From Chlorobiota bacterium (GTDB taxonomy: Bacteria; Bacteroidota; Ignavibacteria; Kapaibacteriales; UBA961), in assembly GCA_039810485.1 (NCBI GenBank), contig JBDHXA010000005.1, forward strand, positions 1,192 through 65,191: DNA of 64,000 nt, read 5' to 3'. Positions 51,612 through 59,558 of this stretch are shown one piece after another. The position numbers and the translations under genes were made by a program. Numbering within the stretch: the first letter of the stretch is position 1; each line of letters opens with the position of its first letter. The notes under the pieces were generated by a model. It saw only the letters and a program-made list of their open reading frames with translations. It was not told where the DNA came from and made no database searches.

Positions 51612-52312
51612 TCACAGGAGCAGCAAAGGGAATCGGAAAATCCATTGCACAAAGGCTTTCACAAGAAGGCTACTATTGTGTGTTGGTGGATGTGGATGAA
51701 GCGAATGGAAAAATGCTCGCTCAGGAATTAGGAAATAATGCTTCTTATTACAAATGTGATATCAGTAATGAAACAGAAGTGAAAGCACTTTTTGCTTCTT
51801 TGGAAAGTGTAGATGTTTTGGTCAATAATGCAGGTATCATTCGTGATAATATGATATGGAAAATGTCGGTAGAAGATTTTGATTTGGTTACAGACATTAA
51901 CCTGAAAGGAACATGGATGATGTGTCGTGAAGCAGCAATAAAAATGAAAGAACAAAAGAGTGGGAGAATTGTAAACATTGCTTCACGTGCTTGGTTAGGA
52001 AATCCGGGTCAGTCTAACTATGCGGCTTCAAAAGCCGGTGTGGTAAGCCTTACAAGGGTTTTAGCTTTGGAGTTAGGGAAATATGGTGTTTTGGTCAATG
52101 CCATTGCACCCGGTTTGATAGACACTCCTTTGGCACAAGGGTTAGCCAATGAAGTGAGAGAAAAACTCATTCAGGCGCAGCCGACAAAAAGCATGGGGAC
52201 ACCCGAAGATGTGGCGCAGGTTGTCGCTTTTCTTTGTGATGTAAAGACACAATTCATAACAGGCCAAACGATTTATGTGGACGGAGGAAAAAGTATAGGT
52301 GCCGGATTATAA
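51590..52312 (+). CDS. Short-chain dehydrogenase/reductase (FabG-like)
   Basis: 240 aa. TGAAKGIGKSIA cofactor motif and catalytic YAASKAG. Confidence 0.85.
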   Translation: MHKRTAIITGAAKGIGKSIAQRLSQEGYYCVLVDVDEANGKMLAQELGNNASYYKCDISNETEVKALFASLESVDVLVNNAGIIRDNMIWKMSVEDFDLVTDINLKGTWMMCREAAIKMKEQKSGRIVNIASRAWLGNPGQSNYAASKAGVVSLTRVLALELGKYGVLVNAIAPGLIDTPLAQGLANEVREKLIQAQPTKSMGTPEDVAQVVAFLCDVKTQFITGQTIYVDGGKSIGAGL

Positions 52313-52323
52313 AATGAAAAACC

Positions 52324-55116
52324 ATGAGAAAGATAAATTTAAAAATCAACAATAAACCCTTTACGTTTCTGGCAGAAGATTCAGAAATGCTATCTCATGT
52401 AATACGTGAGCGTGCAGGGCTTACAGGAACTAAAGTAGGATGCAGTCAAGGTAGTTGCGGTGCGTGTACGGTCATTGCAGATGGTGAACCTGTGCTGAGT
52501 TGCATCACGCCTGCATTCCGATTTGATAATGCTGAAATACAAACAGTAGAAGGTCTTGCAGAAAATGGAACTCCTGATTTATTACAGGAATTATTTGTAC
52601 AAAAAGGTGCTATCCAATGTGGTTTTTGTACTCCCGGAATGGTATTGACTGCTAAAGATTTTGTGGATAAGAACCCCGATGCATCTACGCAAGATATTAA
52701 AGAGGCTTTATCAGGAAACCTTTGCCGTTGCACCGGTTACAAGAAAATTATTGAAGCCGTAACAGAATATACCGAACTTAAAAAACAAGGAGTTGAACAT
52801 TTACCGCCTGTTGAAGAAAACAGTAAAATTATCGGTATTGGCAGACCCTATATTGAAGCAGAAAAGAAGGTATTGGGCAAAGCACTTTATGCAGATGATT
52901 TGCAATTTAGAAATCTACTTTACTGCAAATTTTTAAGAAGTACACACGCTCATGCACTCATCGAAAACATTGATATTTCAGAAGCAAAGGCAATGGAAGG
53001 TGTAGTTTATGTTGCGATAGGAAATGATTTGCCGGAGAAGTTTGGTGTGTTGCCGGTATCTCATGATGAAACCGCTATGGCTATTGAAAAGACACGCTAT
53101 TTTGGAGAAATAGTGGCAGCCGTAGCAGCAGAAAGTTTTGAAATTGCCGAAGCTGCTTGCAAGAAAATAAAAGTAAAATACCAACCTCTCAGAACCTATT
53201 TCAACATTGAAGATTCAATTCATGATGTGGGAGATAATGCTAAGATTCATGAGCATTGCAAGTTCAACAATAACATTCATAAAAAGGCAGAATTGCGTTT
53301 TGGAAATCAAGAAGAAGCTTTTAAAAATTCGGATATTATTTCTGAAATGGAATTTGATGTAGAAGGCGTTTCACATGCTTTTACAGAACCCCATTCAGCA
53401 ACAGCCTATTGGGACGAAAATGGATTAACGATTCATACGGCTACACAAGTTCCACATTATTTGCATAGAGCCTTAGCCAAAGTAATGCAAGTGCCTTTGA
53501 GTAGAGTGCGTGTTATTAAACCCTATGTGGGTGGCGGTTTTGGTGGTAAGAGTGATCCTTTTCCTCACGAAATGATTATTTCTCACATTGCCCGAAAAAC
53601 AGGCAGACCGGTTCGTTCTACCTTTACAAGAGAAGAAGTTTTTTTGAGTAACCATGGAAGGCATCCTTCTAAGTTCAAAATGAAAATCGGTGCTGACAGC
53701 AATGGTATGTTGAAAGTGTTAGATGCTGATGTAGCTATTGATGGCGGTGCTTATGGCAGTTTTGGAGTAGTTACTTCCTACTACAATGGCGTGCTATTGC
53801 AAGCTCCTTATGAGATAAAAGATTTTGGTTTTAAAACCTATCGTGTTTATACCAACAAACCTCAATGCGGTGCAATGCGTGGGCATGGTGCGGTGAATAC
53901 ACGCTTTGCAGCCGAGTCGTTGATAGATGATATTGCACATCGCTTGAACATAGACCCTTGCGAGATACGGTTAAAAAATTTCTACAAAGAAAATGTGATT
54001 ACCATCGGGCATTTCAGAATCACATCCAACGGCAGTAGAATGGCGTTGCAGCAAGTGATGGAGCGTTCCGGTTGGAAAGAAAAAAGAGGAAATCTTCCTG
54101 CAGGGCGAGGCATTGGTGTGGGTTGTGGCTTCTTTATAAGCGGCAGTGCATTGCCTATTATTTGGAATGAATATCCGCAAACTGTGGTGCATTTGAAATT
54201 GGATTTTGATGGTCGGATTTTGATTTCTTCCGGTGCAAGTGATATTGGTCAAGGAAGCGATACGATGCTGGCAATGGTTGTGGCTGAAACAATGGGAATT
54301 GATATGCAAAAAGTGTTTGTGTTGGCTGCCGATACTTTACTCACACCTGTTGATTTGGGAAGCTATTCCAGTCGGGTAACTTTTATGTGTGGCAATGCAG
54401 CAAAGCAAGCAGCAGAGAAACTAAGAGCAGAAATTTTAGAAGCTGTCTCCAAGCGAAAAGAAATGGCAATAGAAGAATTATACATCGAAAATAGCCGTGT
54501 TCGTTCTAATGATAATAGTGTTAATCTGGAATGGTTAGAAGCGGTTGATATGGCAACGGCTCATCGAGGTGCATTGACGGTAAGTGGCAATTATATTTCA
54601 CCCAAATTAGGAGGAGATTTCAAAGGCTCTGGAGCGGGTTTAAGTCCTTCCTACAGCTTTGGTGCTTGCATTGCAGAAGTGAATGTAAACAAACAAACCG
54701 GACAAGTGGAAGTGCTAAATGTTTGGGGTGCGCATGACTGCGGAAAAGCCCTGAATCCATTGGCAGTGGAAGGACAATTAGAAGGTTCATGGCACATGGG
54801 AATAGGGCAGGCATTGAGCGAAGAAATGAAATATTATGATGGACTTCTGCTTAATAATAATTTCTGCGATTATAAAATTCCTACCACTTTAGACACACCC
54901 GAAATTGATACTAATATCATTGAGTCAGGCGACCCTGAAGGACCTTATGGAGCAAAAGAATGTGGTGAAGGTGCGCTGCATCCGGTCATTCCGGCTATTG
55001 CTAATGCTATCTTTAATGCTTGTGGAGTGAGGATAACAAAATTGCCAATTAAAGCAGATGAAGTGTTAGCACAGATAAAATCTAATATGAAAACACAAAT
55101 GAATAAGGTTGATTAA
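52324..55116 (+). CDS. Xanthine-dehydrogenase-family molybdoenzyme, fused [2Fe-2S] (gamma-like) + molybdopterin-binding (alpha-like) subunit; 4-hydroxybenzoyl-CoA reductase HcrC-HcrA-like
   Basis: 930 aa. N-terminal ~160 aa carry two 2Fe-2S motifs (GCSQGSCGACTV, CGFCTPGM, CRCTGY). The remainder is an aldehyde-oxidase/XDH large-subunit region with the Moco motif GGGFGGK. Confidence 0.85.
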   Translation: MRKINLKINNKPFTFLAEDSEMLSHVIRERAGLTGTKVGCSQGSCGACTVIADGEPVLSCITPAFRFDNAEIQTVEGLAENGTPDLLQELFVQKGAIQCGFCTPGMVLTAKDFVDKNPDASTQDIKEALSGNLCRCTGYKKIIEAVTEYTELKKQGVEHLPPVEENSKIIGIGRPYIEAEKKVLGKALYADDLQFRNLLYCKFLRSTHAHALIENIDISEAKAMEGVVYVAIGNDLPEKFGVLPVSHDETAMAIEKTRYFGEIVAAVAAESFEIAEAACKKIKVKYQPLRTYFNIEDSIHDVGDNAKIHEHCKFNNNIHKKAELRFGNQEEAFKNSDIISEMEFDVEGVSHAFTEPHSATAYWDENGLTIHTATQVPHYLHRALAKVMQVPLSRVRVIKPYVGGGFGGKSDPFPHEMIISHIARKTGRPVRSTFTREEVFLSNHGRHPSKFKMKIGADSNGMLKVLDADVAIDGGAYGSFGVVTSYYNGVLLQAPYEIKDFGFKTYRVYTNKPQCGAMRGHGAVNTRFAAESLIDDIAHRLNIDPCEIRLKNFYKENVITIGHFRITSNGSRMALQQVMERSGWKEKRGNLPAGRGIGVGCGFFISGSALPIIWNEYPQTVVHLKLDFDGRILISSGASDIGQGSDTMLAMVVAETMGIDMQKVFVLAADTLLTPVDLGSYSSRVTFMCGNAAKQAAEKLRAEILEAVSKRKEMAIEELYIENSRVRSNDNSVNLEWLEAVDMATAHRGALTVSGNYISPKLGGDFKGSGAGLSPSYSFGACIAEVNVNKQTGQVEVLNVWGAHDCGKALNPLAVEGQLEGSWHMGIGQALSEEMKYYDGLLLNNNFCDYKIPTTLDTPEIDTNIIESGDPEGPYGAKECGEGALHPVIPAIANAIFNACGVRITKLPIKADEVLAQIKSNMKTQMNKVD

Positions 55117-56065
55117 AATTAAAATTATGGAAACATTGCAAGCAACATATATCAAAGTGAAGTCGGTAGCAGAAGCTATTGAAAAAATAAATGAGATACC
55201 CAATACCATTTTTGTGGCAGGTGGTACCGATGTGTTTGTCAATAAGCAGCAAGGAAATATTGATGCAGACTGTTATCTTGATATTTCCGGAATAGACGAA
55301 TTGAAAACTGTAACTATTCACTCTGACAGATTAGAAATTGGTGCGACTGTAACTTTAGAAAAGATTTCAAAATCAAAAGATGTAGAAAAATATTTCCCGA
55401 CATTAATAGAAGCGGCATTGGCAGTAGCAACTCCTGTCATCCGTAAGACTGCAACTATTGGAGGCAATATTTTGTGCGAAAATCGTTGTTTCTATTATAA
55501 TCAAAGCGACTGGTGGCGTGAGTCTGTTGGGCATTGCCTGAAATGCAACGGAGATATTTGTATCGCATCCGGAGGAAAGAAAAACTGCTTTTCAAAATTA
55601 GTAAGTGATACGGCACCCGTTTTAATAGCTTATGGTGCTTCCGTAAATTTAATTAACGCAAGTGGAGAAAGGAAAGTGCCTTTAGAAAGCTTATACACCG
55701 GTGATGGCGTGGACTCTGTCAATTTAGATAAAAGGACTTTAGTAAAATCTATCGAGATTCCTTTTAGCGATAAGAAAGTAATTTTTAAAAAACTCAGACC
55801 CAGAAAAACATTAGATTTTACTTCATTGACAACAGCAGTTTCCCACAATGCCAATGATAATTTGAGAATTGTTGTTGGTGGTGTTGATCCAAAGCCAATA
55901 ATTGTTGAAGGCAATTTGAAAGAAATAGCAGTAGATACATTAGTAACAACAGCAGTGAAAAAACCTAAGGCAGTAGAGAATGATTTTTATTCACGCACTT
56001 ACAGAAAAGAAATGATTAGAGTATTTGTGGAAGAAAGCCTTTTTCTATTAAAAATTAAAAATTAA
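55109..56065 (+). CDS. FAD-binding subunit of the XDH-family enzyme with a Cys-rich insertion (HcrB-like)
   Basis: 318 aa. CO-dehydrogenase-flavoprotein-like FAD domain (FVAGGTDVFV). Insertion CENRCFYYNQSDWWRESVGHCLKCNGDIC has five Cys, reminiscent of the extra [4Fe-4S] loop of the 4-hydroxybenzoyl-CoA reductase beta subunit. The start may instead be Met at 55127. Confidence 0.8.
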   Translation: MIKIKIMETLQATYIKVKSVAEAIEKINEIPNTIFVAGGTDVFVNKQQGNIDADCYLDISGIDELKTVTIHSDRLEIGATVTLEKISKSKDVEKYFPTLIEAALAVATPVIRKTATIGGNILCENRCFYYNQSDWWRESVGHCLKCNGDICIASGGKKNCFSKLVSDTAPVLIAYGASVNLINASGERKVPLESLYTGDGVDSVNLDKRTLVKSIEIPFSDKKVIFKKLRPRKTLDFTSLTTAVSHNANDNLRIVVGGVDPKPIIVEGNLKEIAVDTLVTTAVKKPKAVENDFYSRTYRKEMIRVFVEESLFLLKIKN

Positions 56066-56075
56066 AAATTAAAAA
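56047..56075. repeat. Short tandem heptamer repeat (AAAAATT)x4 at the 3' end of the flavoprotein gene
   Basis: Read directly: aaaattaaaaattaaaaattaaaaatta. Confidence 0.5.
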
Positions 56076-56122
56076 TTACGAATTAAGAATTGGAAATTTT
56101 AAAAAAATAAAAACTAATAATT

Positions 56123-56632
56123 ATGAACAAAGTAGTAGAAGTATTAACTCAAGAACACGAAAACATTAAACGAGTAATTGACAATACACACAAGCTTGTT
56201 GCAGATATACTTTCAGGAAATGCAGAATTAAATGTAATGCATGAGCGTATTGAATTTTTTAGAAAATATGCAGATGGTTATCATCATCACAAAGAAGAAG
56301 AAGTGTTGTTTCCTGAAATGATAAAAAGGAATGAAATACTTGAATTTGGCGTTATCCATGAGATGCTTCAAAACCACGAGGACTTTAGAGAGATGCTGGC
56401 AGAGTTAGAAGAATTAGTAAATGACGGAGATGCTGAAGGTGCAAAGAAAAAATTTGAAGCTTATGCAGAAGCCTTATTGGAGCATATTGCTGTAGAAGAC
56501 GAAGAAGTATTTCAAATAGCTGAAACCATTATGAGCGAAGACGAATTGCTTACTGTTTTATATCGTTTTGAAGACTGCGACAGAGAGTTGGGAATGGATG
56601 AAAAAAAGGAGTGGGAGGAAAAGATAGAGTAA
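56123..56632 (+). CDS. Hemerythrin-like domain protein
   Basis: 169 aa with HENIKR, YHHHKEEE, HEMLQNHEDFRE and EHIAVEDEE metal-ligand-like motifs. Confidence 0.55.
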   Translation: MNKVVEVLTQEHENIKRVIDNTHKLVADILSGNAELNVMHERIEFFRKYADGYHHHKEEEVLFPEMIKRNEILEFGVIHEMLQNHEDFREMLAELEELVNDGDAEGAKKKFEAYAEALLEHIAVEDEEVFQIAETIMSEDELLTVLYRFEDCDRELGMDEKKEWEEKIE

Positions 56633-56689
56633 AAAAGATCGTTAAATGTTAAAGAAAATAGTATTGCTACAATCTAACCTTATTATCTT

Positions 56690-57598
56690 GTGATTAATAT
56701 AACTCATAAAAGCCCAACACTACGTAAAGCAACAGCGCAAGCGATTGTGAAAGTTAGTAAGGAAGAAACTATCCAAGCGATTGTTGAAAAGCGCGTGCCA
56801 AAGGGCGATGTTTTTGAAATGGCAAAGACTGCTGGTCTGTTCGCCGTTAAGCGCACCAGCGATATAATTCCCGATTGTCATCCATTGCCAATCGAATTTA
56901 CTGCTGTACGCTATGAAATCAAAGAATTAGAATTGCATATAGAGATGGAAGTGCACACTATTTACAAAACAGGCGTTGAAGTCGAGGCAATGCATGGCGC
57001 TTCTGTTGTAGCTCTCACTATATATGATATGCTCAAACCCATTGACAAAGGCATTGAAATAAACTCCATAAAGCTAATAAAAAAATCAGGCGGAAAATCC
57101 GATTTTATCGACAAATTCAGGAAAGATCTGAAAGCTGCAGTAATCGTATGCTCTGATAGTATTTCTGCAGGGCAAAAAGAAGATAAAGCAGGCAGGGCAA
57201 TTATAGAAAAGCTCAATAGTTGCGATATAGCAGTTTCGGATTATATCGTAATACCGGACGATTTGGATGAAATTAAAAATAGAGTTATATCTCTGGCGCC
57301 TCAGAACGATATTATTATCCTTACCGGAGGAACTGGTCTTTCGCCGCGCGATATGACGCCTGAAGCACTGAAACCGCTGTTAGACAGAGAAATACCCGGG
57401 GTGATGGAAGCAGCAAGAAATTATGGACAAGAACGAACTCCTTATTCCATGTTGTCAAGAGGAGTTGCAGGGCTGATAGGAAATACTTTAACGCTCGCTT
57501 TGCCCGGATCAACAAAAGGCGCACAAGAGTCAATGAATGCTTTATTTCCGGCAATTTTGCATATTTTTAAAGTTATAAACGGGAGACGACACGAATAA
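56690..57598 (+). CDS. Bifunctional MoaC (cyclic pyranopterin monophosphate synthase) / MogA-MoaB-like protein
   Basis: 302 aa. N-terminal MoaC-like half. C-terminal MoCF-binding domain with TGGTG motif ([13 protein letters not shown]). Confidence 0.8.
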   Translation: MINITHKSPTLRKATAQAIVKVSKEETIQAIVEKRVPKGDVFEMAKTAGLFAVKRTSDIIPDCHPLPIEFTAVRYEIKELELHIEMEVHTIYKTGVEVEAMHGASVVALTIYDMLKPIDKGIEINSIKLIKKSGGKSDFIDKFRKDLKAAVIVCSDSISAGQKEDKAGRAIIEKLNSCDIAVSDYIVIPDDLDEIKNRVISLAPQNDIIILTGGTGLSPRDMTPEALKPLLDREIPGVMEAARNYGQERTPYSMLSRGVAGLIGNTLTLALPGSTKGAQESMNALFPAILHIFKVINGRRHE

Positions 57599-57640
57599 TC
57601 TATTTTCTTAGTTATTGAACCACATTAGTTAAACATAAAA

Positions 57641-58024
57641 ATGATTGCAACGAATTTTGGCGAGAATTACCTTTTATATGAAAATATGGAAATTTGGGAA
57701 GTAAAATCATTCCCTGAATTTTTTAAAGCTCATGAAAATTTATTAGAAATATTTGAATCTGAATACGGTTTTCCTTTTGATAAAATTGATGCGCAAAAAA
57801 ACTTTGACGAACCCGATATTATGATTATTTCAAAATTATTGGATTATTTCGGCGATAAACATTTCTTTGTGTTTTCATATAATGATGCAAATCATAATGA
57901 GTTGAAAAAATTACAAGATCAAAAAATAATTAACTTCGGAATGGATATTTATGTTATTCATCCTTCAAGAATTTATGTTTTAGAGATGGATAAGACAAAA
58001 GATATGCGCATGTATGACCGCTAA
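57641..58024 (+). CDS. Hypothetical protein
   Basis: 127 aa ORF with no recognisable motif. Codon usage is similar to its neighbours. Confidence 0.35.
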   Translation: MIATNFGENYLLYENMEIWEVKSFPEFFKAHENLLEIFESEYGFPFDKIDAQKNFDEPDIMIISKLLDYFGDKHFFVFSYNDANHNELKKLQDQKIINFGMDIYVIHPSRIYVLEMDKTKDMRMYDR

Positions 58025-58039
58025 TTCAGTGGGGTTGCT

Positions 58040-58441
58040 ATGTCTATGCTAGATATTTTTCAAAAAAAAAATCTACGGTATTATCGCCTTGTCATTTATG
58101 CTGTTGTATTGACTTATATTTGGGTGCAGTATAAATTCAGTTCTGACGACTTGACCTACGATAATGGACAAATAAAAATAGTTGGACAGCACGTAAACGG
58201 AAAAGATGAAGGAACTTGGACTTGGTTCTATGAAAATGGGAATAAGCGAATGCAAGGAGATTTTCTGCATGGCAAGCGTCAAGGCGTTTGGACTATTTGG
58301 GATTCAAACGGCATAAAACTGACGGAGAGCACATATCATAACGATAAATTAAACGGCAAGTTTATTCGCTGGGATGCGCAAGGAAATAAAATCAGCGAAG
58401 AAATATATCAAGACGATAAATTAGCCGGTTCGAAAAATTAA
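58040..58441 (+). CDS. MORN-variant repeat (YwqK-like) protein
   Basis: 133 aa. N-terminal helix, then repeated G-x-W / NG-K repeats (GTWTWFYENGNK, GVWTIWDSNGIK, GKFIRWDAQGNK). Confidence 0.5.
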   Translation: MSMLDIFQKKNLRYYRLVIYAVVLTYIWVQYKFSSDDLTYDNGQIKIVGQHVNGKDEGTWTWFYENGNKRMQGDFLHGKRQGVWTIWDSNGIKLTESTYHNDKLNGKFIRWDAQGNKISEEIYQDDKLAGSKN

Positions 58442-58770
58442 GTAAATAAGAACAAAGAACAATTCGATTGTAATATATCTGAAATTGACAAGCATGAATA
58501 AATGATGCAATAGGTTGAAATATAAACTATGACACGATAAGCATTAAAGAGCAGCAATTGAACTCTATGACTGAAGAATTCATGTTGTCTACCTATATAC
58601 ACCAGTTATGCGTCACCCTATCCTACCACTCGTATAACCATCCACATTAAAATAATTTGACAAAACCTTCTTAAATGATTTGTCCGATAAAAATTATATC
58701 GTAATATTGCATTATTAAAATTAAAGAGATTGTCGGAGCAACTAAAACAGACCATTTTACACATAAATAA

Positions 58771-59058
58771 AATCAAATCGCTACAATAGCAAAAGCGTTG
58801 GGACACCCTACAATGATTGCAATTATTGAGTATTTGATGAAAGTAAATGCTTGTATTTGTGGCTAAATTGTAAACGAACTACCATTAGCACAGCCAACCG
58901 TTTCGCAACATTTAAAAGAACTCAAAAACGTGGGACTGATAAAGGGTAACATTGAAGGCAATGCAATTTGTTACTGCATTGATGAAAAAACTTTCAATGT
59001 ACTGAAAGAATATTTTTCAAAAATCATCTTAACCGTAACCAATCAAAAATGCTTTTAA
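58771..59058 (+). pseudogene. ArsR/SmtB-family transcriptional regulator, disrupted (no ATG at the conserved N-terminus; in-frame TAA at 58864-58866 inside the CxC metal-site motif)
   Basis: The frame translates to …[53 protein letters not shown]…, which matches the ArsR HTH signature [11 protein letters not shown]. Confidence 0.55.
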
Positions 59059-59110
59059 AAGTTATATACTTTCCATAATCGCAATATTGCAATAAAACAG
59101 AATAAATCAA

Positions 59111-59302
59111 AGAGCACACTCCGAAAAGGTGTTTTATAAAAATTGCAGACGAAAGATTCGCTGTTTTTCAAAAAACATATCTTTTAAGAGCTATAAAAGT
59201 CGCTTTTTTGCCGTTTTTCTCTTATAAAATGAGTAAAAACTGTACTTTTTCACCATATTTTCTTTGATTTGAAATATATCCGACTTTTCGGAGTGGGCTC
59301 AT
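59111..59302 (-). mobile_element. MITE-like element, copy 2 (192 bp; inverted relative to copy 1; one terminal inverted repeat is degenerate)
   Basis: AGAGCACACTCCGAAAAG at 59111-59128 and CTTTTCGGAGTGGGCTCAT at 59284-59302. The interior is the reverse complement of copy 1 at ~87% identity. Confidence 0.7.
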
Positions 59303-59339
59303 AAATGATTTTACAAAAACAAACCTTTCATCCAAAGAT

Positions 59340-59558
59340 ATGGCATTATGCGAATTTGCCAAGATTCAGACAATACACCCTCAAAAAAATATTGAAATAA
59401 TTAGTGCATTGAGAAATAATGGATTTAACGACAGAGAAATATTAGATGCTACTTTAGTTGTTTCATATTTCAATTTTGTAAATAGAATTGTTCTAAGTTT
59501 GGGTTTAGAAGTTAATATAGATGAAACAAAAGGATATCATTATGAAGCTAGCATTTAA
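59340..59558 (+). pseudogene. C-terminal fragment of a carboxymuconolactone-decarboxylase/AhpD-family protein
   Basis: 72-aa ORF (…REILDATLVVSYFNFVNRIVLSLGLEVN…) resembling only the last third of AhpD/CMD-family proteins. Starts 37 bp after MITE copy 2. Confidence 0.45.

Noticed and set aside
56047-56075. Possible CRISPR or minisatellite at the 3' end of the flavoprotein gene
   Set aside because: It is only four copies of a 7-bp A/T unit with no spacers, a simple low-complexity tandem repeat.
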